Of a stretch of 64,000 nucleotides of DNA, positions 19,389 through 28,866 are shown one piece after another. Below the pieces are notes generated by a model. It had not been told where the DNA came from, made no database searches, and saw only the letters and a list, made by a program, of their open reading frames with translations. This stretch comes from Deltaproteobacteria bacterium. GTDB lineage: Bacteria > Desulfobacterota > Desulfomonilia > UBA1062. The position numbers were made by a program, and so were the translations under genes. The stretch lies in NCBI GenBank assembly GCA_017992605.1, contig JAGOOG010000003.1, forward strand, positions 76,161 to 140,160, read 5' to 3'. The first letter of the stretch is position 1; each line of letters opens with the position of its first letter.

Positions 19389-20243
19389 TCATGCAGCGAA
19401 TCCGGCGAGGGCCTCGAGGAACCCTTCGTCGGGTCTCCCGGGGCAGTCGCCTATCCGAATGCCTGGTTTTATGTGCTCGCCATGGAAGTCTGAACCCGCA
19501 CTCACCCACAGGTCCAGCGACCGCGCATCATCAACAAGGCGCTCGGCCTGCAGGAGATGGTGGTGGGTGCTGTAAGCCTCTATCCCCCTGAGCCCTTCTT
19601 CCTTGAGACCCTGGATAAATGCCCTGTCTGCATCACCAGGATGCGCGAGAACGAGTATTCCCCTGCCCCTGAACGAGCGTATCGTCTCCACGAGATCGGG
19701 GAGGGCGGACAGGACGGTATCGCCGATGTCGTCTAGGGCGTGGTCCTGGTAGAAGTTCAGATACGGCGACGACGCCTTGGGGCCTTCCAGATATGCCTGA
19801 AGCCTCCTGTCACCCCGGTTCCTCCTGAGAAGGGCGTTGAGCAGGGTGACCCCGGTGGGTACAGACGTGCCCCATCCGGTGATATCCTCGCGCCTCACGT
19901 CGAAGCCCCTACGGGTGAATATCTTGAGCGTGTCGGTGGCCCGGGCCCATATGGCCCTGCAGGATTCCCGCAGGAATCCTGCCAGCATGGGATCATCAGG
20001 GCGAAACCCGTACAGCAGGAGGTGGTATTCACGCCCCCAGGAGGACGTCGAGATCTCCACCCCGGTGAAGAATTGAAGACCGCACTCACGGGAGATCCTC
20101 GTTCCCTCGACTGCGGCTTCGATGTCCATGTGGTCCGTGAAGGCAAGGCCGGCCAGGCCCTTGTGTTTCGCCATGACAAGGATCTCACTCGGGCTGTGTT
20201 GCCCGTCCGAGGAATGTGTTGTATGGATATGCAGATCGAACAC
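19389..20243 (-). CDS. PHP-domain metal-dependent phosphoesterase
   Basis: MFDLHIHTTHSSDG ... AFTDHMD ... AHPG motifs of the PHP family. Confidence 0.8.
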   Translation of the reverse strand: MFDLHIHTTHSSDGQHSPSEILVMAKHKGLAGLAFTDHMDIEAAVEGTRISRECGLQFFTGVEISTSSWGREYHLLLYGFRPDDPMLAGFLRESCRAIWARATDTLKIFTRRGFDVRREDITGWGTSVPTGVTLLNALLRRNRGDRRLQAYLEGPKASSPYLNFYQDHALDDIGDTVLSALPDLVETIRSFRGRGILVLAHPGDADRAFIQGLKEEGLRGIEAYSTHHHLLQAERLVDDARSLDLWVSAGSDFHGEHIKPGIRIGDCPGRPDEGFLEALAGFAA

Positions 20244-20312
20244 AGCGCCTCAATCGTAGCACCGGAGGTGCCGATAACGCAAACACGTACACGCAGCGTA
20301 AAGGAGCGCGTC

Positions 20313-20963
20313 ATGATAAACGACCGGTATATCATCGACCAGATCAAACCCCAGGAATCCTGGAGGGTCTTCCGCGTCATGGCCGAATTCGTGGACGGGA
20401 TCGAACGGCTCACCCCCCTGGAACCCGCGGTCACCATCTTCGGCTCAGCCCGGACCAAGCCCGGCGAAAAGTACTACACCCAGGCGGAAGAACTGGGCCG
20501 TATGCTGGCAGAGGAGGGTTTCTCGGTGATCACCGGGGGAGGCCCGGGCATCATGGAGGCGGCGAACAAGGGGGCCTTCGAGGCGGGCGGGCAAACCGTA
20601 GGGCTCAACATCGTGCTCCCTTTCGAGCAGAAGCTCAACCCCTACACCACGATCCACATCAATTTCAGGTACTTCTTCGTACGCAAGGTCATGTTCGTCA
20701 AGTATGCCATGAGCTATGTCATCTTCCCCGGGGGGTTCGGCACCATGGACGAACTCTTCGAGGCATTGACCCTGATCCAGACCGACAAGATCAAGCCGTT
20801 CCCGGTCATCCTCATCGGCTCCGAATACTGGGCAGGCCTCCTGGAATGGATCAACGACACCATGCTTGCCGAGGACATGATCCTGCCCGAGGACAGGTCC
20901 ATCTACACGCTGGTGGATACTCCCAAGGACGCGGTGGAGATCATCAAGAACTCGAAAATATAA
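20313..20963 (+). CDS. LOG-family (TIGR00730-type) nucleotide phosphoribohydrolase
   Basis: ITGGGPGIMEAANKGA and PGGFGTMDELFE motifs. AAGGAG (20301-20306) lies before ATG 20313. The long N-terminal extension of ORF 19740 is antisense to the PHP gene. Confidence 0.85.
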   Translation: MINDRYIIDQIKPQESWRVFRVMAEFVDGIERLTPLEPAVTIFGSARTKPGEKYYTQAEELGRMLAEEGFSVITGGGPGIMEAANKGAFEAGGQTVGLNIVLPFEQKLNPYTTIHINFRYFFVRKVMFVKYAMSYVIFPGGFGTMDELFEALTLIQTDKIKPFPVILIGSEYWAGLLEWINDTMLAEDMILPEDRSIYTLVDTPKDAVEIIKNSKI

Positions 20964-20986
20964 AGGTTAGAGAATCGTCAGCGAAG

Positions 20987-21793
20987 TCAGGCCTTGCCCG
21001 AGAGTGTCTCGGCTCTCCTGAACGCCGCGCTGACCGCCTCGATGACGGCCGAACGGAATCCTCTCGATTCAAGGGCAGCGATGCCCTCGATGGTGGTCCC
21101 CGACGGCGATGTCACCATGTCCTTGAGCTGTCCCGGATGCCGCTTCAGGTCGAGCATCATGGTCGCTGCTCCCCGCATGGTCGCTGCAGCGAGCTTCAAT
21201 GCCACGTCCCTGGGCAGACCGGCCTGAACGGCACCGTCGGAGAGTGCCTCTAGGAACAGGAAACAGAAGGCTGGACCCGACCCGGACAGGGCAGTGACCG
21301 CATTGATGTGCCTTTCGTCCATTTCCAGGCACATGCCCACCGCGGAGAAGATTGTCCGCGCTGCATCCCTTTCCTGCTCAGAGCACAATGGCGACGCGGC
21401 CATGACGGAGGCACCTTCCAGGACAAGGCTGGGCGTGTTGGGCATGACCCGTATCACCCTGGCATCGCTCCCGAGAATATCCAGCATGCTCCCGAGGGTT
21501 ATGCCCGCGGCTATGCTGATGACGAGCTTGCCGGTCAGGTCTGTGCCGATCTCGGCGAGAACCTTGAGGATCTGGTCGGGTTTCACGGAAAGAACGATGA
21601 CGTCCCGGGCCAGGACGAGTTCCCGGGGCGTCCTGGCGACCTCGACTCCGTAGGTGTTTTTCATGTGCTCCATTCGCCCGGGCTTGATATCGAAGACGAT
21701 GATGTCCCGTGGTGGGAGCAGGGTTTTCCTGAGAAGACCCGAAATGATGGCCTCCGCCATAGTTCCCGCTCCGATGAACCCGATTGGCTGCAT
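20987..21793 (-). CDS. proC: pyrroline-5-carboxylate reductase
   Basis: IGFIGAGTMAEAII Rossmann start, VKPDQ, and C-terminal TSPSGTTIEGI motif. ATG 21793 chosen. Confidence 0.9.
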   Translation of the reverse strand: MQPIGFIGAGTMAEAIISGLLRKTLLPPRDIIVFDIKPGRMEHMKNTYGVEVARTPRELVLARDVIVLSVKPDQILKVLAEIGTDLTGKLVISIAAGITLGSMLDILGSDARVIRVMPNTPSLVLEGASVMAASPLCSEQERDAARTIFSAVGMCLEMDERHINAVTALSGSGPAFCFLFLEALSDGAVQAGLPRDVALKLAAATMRGAATMMLDLKRHPGQLKDMVTSPSGTTIEGIAALESRGFRSAVIEAVSAAFRRAETLSGKA

Positions 21794-21873
21794 GACACCC
21801 CCTTTCACACCATGTGCTGTATGTATGGGTTGCCACAGTATGCACCCGTGCGTCAACAACGGGCTCCGAGCCC

Positions 21874-22758
21874 ATGAATTTCCATAAACTTCGGACGCGC
21901 CTATTCCGATACCCTCTCTATATGGACGGCTCGCGCTACATCAGAAAGATCCAGGGTGTGTTCTTCGAGGAGACAACGATTACCCTGGGAACCGGCCACA
22001 CTCAGAAGACCCAGAAGGTCAAGAACTACTGCCAGGCCGGGCAGGTCGACGAGGCAAAGGTGAAGCTCACCTTCCTGGGCAACGAGGGAAAACCCACTGG
22101 GATCGTCATCGAACTCCCCCATGACGAGTTTCTCAGGCGATACACCCTGGACCCCAATTACCGGGTCAAGACCAAGGACGAGGCGGAACACGACCGGCAT
22201 GTGGCCATGGCCGAGAAACACCGGGCGCGGGGTGAACCCTTTTCCGCCGAGTTCGAGTATTTCAATGCCCTGAAGATAGATCCGGACAGCATCAGGGCGA
22301 ATTTCGGCATAGGTACGCTCTACATGGAGATGGGAGATACTGGCAGGGCCAAGGAGGTCTTCAAGAAGCTCTCCGAGGTCGAGGCCATCTTCGAGGAAGA
22401 GAACAAGCATATCTTCAACGAGTTCGGCATCGAGCTGAGAAAGGCCACCATGGTCGATGAGGCTCTGGCCAACTACAAGAAGGCCATAACCATCTCTCCT
22501 CACGACGAACACCTCCACTTCAACGTCTCTCGCCTGTATTACGACAGGGGGGACTGGGACAATGCCATGGAGTGGATCAGAAAGGCCCTCCAGATCAATC
22601 CTCACTTCACGGAGGCGACGAGGCTGGAGACCCTCATCCTCAGGAGAATGAATGGGCAGGGGATCACGCCAGGGCCAGAAAGATCTCCCGAGGGCGAGGA
22701 TGCCGGACAGGATCTCGATGCAGGGATCGGGAAGACATCTCTCGACGAAGCCCCATGA
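21874..22758 (+). CDS. TPR-repeat protein
   Basis: TPR units (AEFEYFNALKIDPDS, ALANYKKAITISPHD, WIRKALQINPHF). ATG 21874 inside ORF 21814..22758. Confidence 0.65.
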   Translation: MNFHKLRTRLFRYPLYMDGSRYIRKIQGVFFEETTITLGTGHTQKTQKVKNYCQAGQVDEAKVKLTFLGNEGKPTGIVIELPHDEFLRRYTLDPNYRVKTKDEAEHDRHVAMAEKHRARGEPFSAEFEYFNALKIDPDSIRANFGIGTLYMEMGDTGRAKEVFKKLSEVEAIFEEENKHIFNEFGIELRKATMVDEALANYKKAITISPHDEHLHFNVSRLYYDRGDWDNAMEWIRKALQINPHFTEATRLETLILRRMNGQGITPGPERSPEGEDAGQDLDAGIGKTSLDEAP

Positions 22759-22875
22759 ACTGAATCGACCCGAAAACAGCCTGAATATACTAGTTAAAAT
22801 TCATCCCCCCCCCCATGCCTACGGTGTGAACTTAGCCCAGCGTGGCTGGTGCGCTTCCCATTGCCGGTTTTCTTG

Positions 22876-22904
22876 AAAAAAAAGCAGGCCAGTGTTGACC
22901 TGCT
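22876..22904 (-). terminator. orphan intrinsic terminator oriented for the minus strand
   Basis: Minus strand reads AGCAGG-tcaacactgg-CCTGC followed by T8. No annotated minus-strand gene lies upstream of it. Confidence 0.45.
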
Positions 22905-23046
22905 AACATATGAGGAGGTTCTACGGGGAATGAATCTTGAAGAACCTACTTGTATATATCGTCAGGTTTCCGTGTGACTTGAGCATGAAACGGGTGGACG
23001 GTTTTCATTTTCTCTCCCGGTGCGATTTCATGCTATAGAATATGCC

Positions 23047-24333
23047 ATGCCGAAGCAGCTGCCCCCCCTCGCCTTCAGGGTAAGACCCGTGCGCATTGAT
23101 GACCTGCTGGGTCAGGACGAGGCGAAAGCGATGCTCCGCGACTTTGCCAGGGGGAATCTTCGCTCGGTCCTTCTCTGGGGCCCACCGGGCTCGGGCAAGA
23201 CCAGCGTCGCAAGCATCGTCGAACGGCTCTATCCCGATTCTTTCTTCACCATACACGCCGTGACGGGGGGCGTGCAGGAGATCAGGAAGGTCACCGGCAG
23301 GGCATCTCAATCCGAAACGAAGCCCATCGTCTTCATCGACGAGATTCACCGTTTCAACAGGGTACAGCAGGATGCACTGCTGCCCTTCGTTGAGAGCGGA
23401 GCCATCATCCTCGTCGGGGCCACCACCGAGAATCCATCCTTTGCCATCACCTCGCCCCTGCTGTCCAGAAACCAGGTGATCGTCCTGAAGGCACTGAGTG
23501 CCGCTGTCATCGAGGACATCCTCAGGCGGGCCCTGGCCGAAGATGCGTTCATCATTTCCCTGCACAGGACCATGTCCGATACCTGCCTCGCGGCCGTGGC
23601 ACGCTCTGCCGACGGTGATGCCCGGGCCGCCTTGAACCTGTTGGAACTCATTCTCACGAATATCGACAAGGAAACCATCGAGCTGGACGACCTCAAAGGT
23701 CTCATGGAAAGGCCGCTCTACCATGACAGATCCGGAGAGAACCACTACGATCTCATTTCCGCCTTTCACAAGAGCGTGCGGGCGGGAGACGTTGAGGCCA
23801 GTATCTACTGGTTGGGCAGGATGCTTGAAGCGGGCGAGGACAGACTCTTTGTCCTGCGCAGGATGATCCGGATAGCTTCCGAGGATGTCGGCATGGCGGA
23901 CCCCAATGCACTGCGCATGGCAGTGAGCGCCAAGGAAGCGTTCACCTTCGTGGGCAGCCCCGAAGGGGAGATCGCCCTGTACGAAACAGCCATCTACCTC
24001 GCCTGTGCGCCGAAAAGCAACGCCGTGTACCTGGCTGAGAAAAGAGTGCAGAAACTCATCCAAACTACCGGATCCCCTGGTGTACCCCTCTACCTGCGCA
24101 ACGCACCCACCAGACTCATGAGGGAGATCGGCTACGGCGAAGGTTATATCTACGCGCATGATGATCCCGATGGCGCTCTCTCACTGGATTATATGCCGGA
24201 GGGTCTGCCGAGAACGGAATTGTACCGGCCCGGGATCGCCGGGGTGGAAAAAAGGATACGGGAGATCCTCGATGCTCGTCGAAAAGCTAAGAGAACTGGG
24301 TCAGGAACATATCGCAAGACTCCTAAGCAGTGA
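23047..24333 (+). CDS. rarA: replication-associated recombination protein A (AAA ATPase)
   Basis: LLWGPPGSGKTSVA Walker A, IVFIDEIHRFN Walker B, and the MgsA C-terminal region DLISAFHKSVRAGD. Confidence 0.9.
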   Translation: MPKQLPPLAFRVRPVRIDDLLGQDEAKAMLRDFARGNLRSVLLWGPPGSGKTSVASIVERLYPDSFFTIHAVTGGVQEIRKVTGRASQSETKPIVFIDEIHRFNRVQQDALLPFVESGAIILVGATTENPSFAITSPLLSRNQVIVLKALSAAVIEDILRRALAEDAFIISLHRTMSDTCLAAVARSADGDARAALNLLELILTNIDKETIELDDLKGLMERPLYHDRSGENHYDLISAFHKSVRAGDVEASIYWLGRMLEAGEDRLFVLRRMIRIASEDVGMADPNALRMAVSAKEAFTFVGSPEGEIALYETAIYLACAPKSNAVYLAEKRVQKLIQTTGSPGVPLYLRNAPTRLMREIGYGEGYIYAHDDPDGALSLDYMPEGLPRTELYRPGIAGVEKRIREILDARRKAKRTGSGTYRKTPKQ

Positions 24334-25630
24334 GGCCGACCCTGTCTCCAGGCGGCAGATCGCGGGAGACCTGGAAGGAGTCGACCTTGATCTCGCCGGC
24401 AGGCTCATCACGGGGAGCGGCATTTACAGCCCCCCCGGCGGGGAGGTGAATCCGGCAGAGGTGATCACCGCCACCTTTGCGTCCTCCGGGGAGGCTTCAC
24501 GGTACGTCGAACACGGCATCAAGCTGTTGCGCCAGGGCAACGTTGCAGCCCTCGTCGTCGCCGGAGGTCAGGGATCGCGACTGGGGATCGAGGCACCCAA
24601 GGGCATGGTGGAGGTGACGCCATCCCAGGGGAAGACTCTGTTCACCCTCTTCGCGGAGAAGATCCTCGCCCTTGAGCGCCGCTATCGGGGCACGATCCCC
24701 TGGTTTATCATGACATCCCGGCAGAATGACGGCCCCACCAGGGAGTATTTCCATCGGAACAGATTCTTCGGTCTCGGGGAAAAGAACGTTCACTTCTTTG
24801 TCCAGGGGATGTTACCCTCGGTCACCGAGGAGGGGAAGTTCCTCGTGTCGGAAACCGGTGGGCTCTTCATGAATCCCGACGGCCATGGCGGCACCTTCAA
24901 CGCGCTGAGGAGGTCAGGTTCTCTGAACCGCATGAAGGACCTGGGCGTCGAGGAAATCTTCTACTTCCAGGTCGACAACCCCCTCGTCAGGATCTGCGAT
25001 CCCCTGTTCATCGGCCTGCACAACCTGAACAATGCACAGATGTCATCAAAGATCGTGAGGAAGGTCTCCTTCGAGGAAAAGGTGGGAGTCATCGTGCGCC
25101 AAGCCGGAAGGACCTGCCTCCTCGAATACAGCGACATGGGCGACAAAGTCCGGTATGCCAGGGATGAGGCAGGGAACATGCTTCACTGGGCAGGGAACCT
25201 GGCCATTCATATGATCCGGAGAGATTTCGCCGAGGACTTGACGGAACAGGGAACCCGGCTGCCGTATCACCGTGCCCGCAAGAAGATCGTGGCCCGGGGG
25301 CCCGACGGAACGGTGGCCGAGGTGCAGGGCATCAAGTTCGAGACCTTTCTCTTCGATGCCCTCCCCCTGGCGGAAAGGAGCATCACCCTCGAGGTGATCC
25401 GGGAGGAGGAATTCGCACCGGTCAAGAACCTCACCGGGATGGACTCCCTGGAGAGCTCAAAGCTGTTGCAGACCGGACTTCATCTCTCCTGGCTGAGGAG
25501 GCTCGGAATTGAAATCGCAGACGGGGTACGCGTAGAGGTCAGCCCTCTGTTCGCACTGGATTTCGACGAGCTCAGGAGCAAGGCAGACCGGCTTCCCCGG
25601 TCCATAACGCAGGATACCTATTTCGGGTGA
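24272..25630 (+). CDS. UDP-sugar pyrophosphorylase family protein (UDPGP/UAP-type nucleotidyltransferase)
   Basis: VVAGGQGSRLGIEAPKGM signature, FFVQG, PDGHGG, and N-terminal LGQEHI. The start overlaps the rarA 3' end by 62 nt. Confidence 0.8.
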   Translation: MLVEKLRELGQEHIARLLSSEADPVSRRQIAGDLEGVDLDLAGRLITGSGIYSPPGGEVNPAEVITATFASSGEASRYVEHGIKLLRQGNVAALVVAGGQGSRLGIEAPKGMVEVTPSQGKTLFTLFAEKILALERRYRGTIPWFIMTSRQNDGPTREYFHRNRFFGLGEKNVHFFVQGMLPSVTEEGKFLVSETGGLFMNPDGHGGTFNALRRSGSLNRMKDLGVEEIFYFQVDNPLVRICDPLFIGLHNLNNAQMSSKIVRKVSFEEKVGVIVRQAGRTCLLEYSDMGDKVRYARDEAGNMLHWAGNLAIHMIRRDFAEDLTEQGTRLPYHRARKKIVARGPDGTVAEVQGIKFETFLFDALPLAERSITLEVIREEEFAPVKNLTGMDSLESSKLLQTGLHLSWLRRLGIEIADGVRVEVSPLFALDFDELRSKADRLPRSITQDTYFG

Positions 25631-25634
25631 GGCC

Positions 25635-27806
25635 ATGAGGCGAGTGAAGGTAACGAAGCGTCACACCATCGAGCTCAAGGAAACGAAGTGGGACATCATC
25701 ATATGGCTGGGCAGCTTCATCGTGCTCGGCTTCGTGATCGTGTTCGCGATGTACTCCTACCGCGGGGTGGAACGGGAGATGGCGGCCCAGTTCAATCGGG
25801 AGCAGGGGCTGCTTGCCCAGCAGACCGCCATGGGCATCGAGCAGTACATGCACGACATCACGAACATCCTGAGCCTCACCACCCACATCGACAAGGTCGC
25901 CGATGGAGATCCCGAGGCCATAAGAACAGCGATACAGAACGTGTATGCCTCGCTGAAGAACAAGGTCGTGTTTGTCTTCTGGGAGGACAATAGCGGTATC
26001 ATGCGCATCCACCATCCCCAACAGCTCCTGCCCGGCCTGGAGGGAAGGGACTTCAGCTTCCGCACCTATTTCAGGGTGGCCAAGGAGCTCGGGGTGCCCT
26101 TTGTTTCTGACATCATCCTCGTGGGAGGGGAGCAGTACTTCGATATCCCGGGCCGGTTCGAGACCTTTGTCATCTCCTTCCCCCTCAAGGACAAGAACGG
26201 AACCTTCCACGGAGTCATCGGATGCGCCATCGACCTCTCCAACATCACGGTCCACCACGTTGCCCCCATAAGGCCATCCAAGACGGGGTACATGTGGATG
26301 CTGGACGAAACGGGCATGGTACTCTACCACCCCAATCCCAAGTGGATAGGTTTGAACCTCAACGATCTCATCATCGGGCTCAAGAAACAGGGGTTCAAGA
26401 TATCGGGCATAGACGAGATCCGGCAGGCCATGGAGCTGAAGAACGACGGGATGCACGAGTTCGTCTTTCCCAACTACCCTGATGTCAAACCGGTGAAGAA
26501 ACTGCTCGCATTCTCGTCCGTTCACTTCCTGAACCGCAGGTGGGTCGCCATCGCGACCTCTCCCTACAGCGAGGTCATTTCCCTCATGTCCGGGACATTC
26601 GGCAACACGCTCGTTCTGGGCTCCGTGAGCATCGGATTCGTGCTCATAGCCACCATAGCCATGCTCAGAATCAACAGGGCACGTGCCGCCGCATCGGAGA
26701 GGAACAAGTGGGCAGACAAGGTCCTGGTGGCCCACAAACGGATGGAGACCATCTTCAACGGCGTCCCCCATTACCTGGCCATGATCGACGCGGCCTTCAC
26801 CATAGCGGATGTCAACCAGCGTCTCTGTGACCTGTACGGCCTGAGGAGGGAGGAGATCATCGACAAGCACTGCTCACTGGATTTTGCCGAGAGTGACCGC
26901 ATCTGCCACACCAGGCTCGTGGAACAGTGCTTCAAGACAGGAGAGATCGTCACGCAGCTCGATACGCGGGTCGATATCGACAGCAAGCCATACTTCTTCG
27001 ACATAAGCGCCATTCCTCTCTTCGGGTCTGAGGGCGAGGTGGACTATGTGGTCCAGTACGCGGTGGACATAACCGAGAAGAAGGCGCTCACGGAGAAGCT
27101 CATCCAGGCCGAGAAGCTCGCCGCTGTCGGCCAGATGTCGGCCCATGTGGCCCACGAGATCCGCAACCCCCTGACCTCGGTCCTGCTCCATTCCGAGCTT
27201 CTCGAGGACGAGATCGAGGAGATACCGGACAACGAGGAGGCCATGGACCTCCTGAACATCATCAAGAACGAAATCGACCGGCTCTCGCAGGTCACGGATG
27301 AATACCTTTCCTACGCCCGCCTTCCCCACCCCAAGAAGCAGCTCGTGAATCCGGAGGTGGAGGTGTCGTCCGTGATATCCATGCTCATGCCGGAGCTCAA
27401 GCGCAGGAACATCGAGATCGCCGTCACGTGCCCCGAGAAGCTCCCGAACATCATGATAGACCGTGGACAATTCAAGCAGCTTTTGATAAATCTCATCAAG
27501 AATGCTGAAGATGCAATGCCCTCAGGAGGCTCTTTGGAGATATCCCTCATGGGAATCAAGGATAACGTGCTGGTGCTCGTGAAGGATACCGGGTACGGTA
27601 TCCCCCCCGAGATCACCAGGAGGATTTTCGATCCCTACTTCACCACCAAGGACAACGGCACCGGCCTCGGGCTGGCCCTGGTCCAGTACATCGCCAATGC
27701 CCACGACGGATGGGTCGACGTGGAGAGCCAGAAGGGAACCGGATCAACCTTCATCATCTCCTTCCCCTGCCACAAGGACGAGGCACAGGTGGAGTCGACA
27801 TCATGA
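25635..27806 (+). CDS. sensor histidine kinase (dCache-PAS-HisKA-HATPase)
   Basis: Two TM helices flank a Cache-like periplasmic region (TGYMWMLDETGMVLYHPNP). PAS domain, H-box AHVAHEIRNPLTS, then DTGYGIP and GTGLGLA. Confidence 0.9.
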   Translation: MRRVKVTKRHTIELKETKWDIIIWLGSFIVLGFVIVFAMYSYRGVEREMAAQFNREQGLLAQQTAMGIEQYMHDITNILSLTTHIDKVADGDPEAIRTAIQNVYASLKNKVVFVFWEDNSGIMRIHHPQQLLPGLEGRDFSFRTYFRVAKELGVPFVSDIILVGGEQYFDIPGRFETFVISFPLKDKNGTFHGVIGCAIDLSNITVHHVAPIRPSKTGYMWMLDETGMVLYHPNPKWIGLNLNDLIIGLKKQGFKISGIDEIRQAMELKNDGMHEFVFPNYPDVKPVKKLLAFSSVHFLNRRWVAIATSPYSEVISLMSGTFGNTLVLGSVSIGFVLIATIAMLRINRARAAASERNKWADKVLVAHKRMETIFNGVPHYLAMIDAAFTIADVNQRLCDLYGLRREEIIDKHCSLDFAESDRICHTRLVEQCFKTGEIVTQLDTRVDIDSKPYFFDISAIPLFGSEGEVDYVVQYAVDITEKKALTEKLIQAEKLAAVGQMSAHVAHEIRNPLTSVLLHSELLEDEIEEIPDNEEAMDLLNIIKNEIDRLSQVTDEYLSYARLPHPKKQLVNPEVEVSSVISMLMPELKRRNIEIAVTCPEKLPNIMIDRGQFKQLLINLIKNAEDAMPSGGSLEISLMGIKDNVLVLVKDTGYGIPPEITRRIFDPYFTTKDNGTGLGLALVQYIANAHDGWVDVESQKGTGSTFIISFPCHKDEAQVESTS

Positions 27807-28858
27807 AGCTGCTGGGGGCGCTCCTATTCCTGCTGCTGTTTCTCCCGTTCGACGCTTCTGCGGCACGCCTCGTCATCGCGACCCCGCCGGGGATTACCGA
27901 GGTCAGGCTCCTTTCCCCGGGCACGAGCGCCATGGTAGACTTTCTGAAGGACCGCCTCAATGTGCAGCTCAAGGCCTCAAGAGAGAAGAACCGGGTAGAA
28001 AGCATTGAAAAGGAACTGAGCCAGGCGACCACGGCAATAACGGAAGCCGAAAAGGCCTACGCCGAGAGGATCGAGTTCCTCCGGAAGAAGTATATCGAGA
28101 ATATCCACATTACCATACACTCGTCAAGCACCCAGATCACCCCGGAGTCGGCCCTGGGAGACATCACCTTCTTCTATACGGCGCACAACGCTTCAGACAG
28201 AATCATCAGCGACATCACCTACAAACCCGTCATCGGCGATATCGCGCTTCCCATAACCACCTCTTTGGTGCTCGAATTCATCAACCCCAAGACGCTGATC
28301 TTCGGTCTCGCTCCCGGTGAGCGTCTTTCGAACCAGGGCAAGGAACCCGAGCATTTCTCCATCTTCCTGAGCGAGATCAAGGACCAGGACATCCAACGCA
28401 TACAGTCCTCCATGCCGGGCGGGTTTTCCGTTCGGGTCTCGGATGTTCACTTCGTCTCCCAGAAGGGGTACAAGGGACAGTCAAAGGTCATGGAGGTCAA
28501 GGAGGCCTTCTCCGGCCTGCTCAGTTCCTACCAGTCCGCGGTACAGCAGGCCCGGAACCACAGCAGGGCAAAGTCCGAGGAACTGGCCCGGGCCAAGACC
28601 CTCCATGAAAGGGAGACCTCGGAAAGCGTGAACGAGTTCCGCATGAAGGCATATGATCTGAAGAAGAACTCGGTGCGTTACAAGCGGACCGTTGACCAGA
28701 GGCGCAACAGGTCGTCCATGGAACCCGTAGAACCTGGAAAATACATAGTCTATGCGCCTGCGAACGCCGGTGCGGCAGTATTCCAGGAGATTACGGTGGG
28801 AGAAGGAACCACTAAACTGAAGATCGAGACATTGAAAAAGGACCCGTTCGAACCGTGA
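27803..28858 (+). CDS. hypothetical exported protein (signal peptide, coiled-coil segments)
   Basis: MKLLGALLFLLLFLPFDASAA signal peptide. ATGA overlap with the kinase stop. The stop overlaps the GTG at 28855 of the next gene. No family recognised. Confidence 0.55.
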   Translation: MKLLGALLFLLLFLPFDASAARLVIATPPGITEVRLLSPGTSAMVDFLKDRLNVQLKASREKNRVESIEKELSQATTAITEAEKAYAERIEFLRKKYIENIHITIHSSSTQITPESALGDITFFYTAHNASDRIISDITYKPVIGDIALPITTSLVLEFINPKTLIFGLAPGERLSNQGKEPEHFSIFLSEIKDQDIQRIQSSMPGGFSVRVSDVHFVSQKGYKGQSKVMEVKEAFSGLLSSYQSAVQQARNHSRAKSEELARAKTLHERETSESVNEFRMKAYDLKKNSVRYKRTVDQRRNRSSMEPVEPGKYIVYAPANAGAAVFQEITVGEGTTKLKIETLKKDPFEP

Positions 28859-28866
28859 GCAGCCTG

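Noticed and set aside
19389-20963. Divergent PHP phosphoesterase and LOG-family pair as a possible nucleotide-based defence module
   Set aside because: Both are ordinary stand-alone family members with complete housekeeping-type motifs. No sensor or effector partners, mobile-element signatures or compositional anomaly are present.
22930-22977. 15-codon ORF MNLEEPTCIYRQVSV with GAGGAGG 11 nt upstream, in the rarA upstream spacer
   Set aside because: It is too short to evaluate without conservation or ribosome-profiling data, the SD spacing is long, and it overlaps the hairpin better explained as RNA structure. It is kept only as a note.
23005-24159. 384-aa minus-strand ORF opposite rarA
   Set aside because: Shadow ORF. 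rarA on the plus strand has Walker A/B and MgsA motifs.
25572-26870. 432-aa minus-strand ORF opposite the dCache kinase
   Set aside because: Shadow ORF with no motifs. The plus-strand kinase is well supported.
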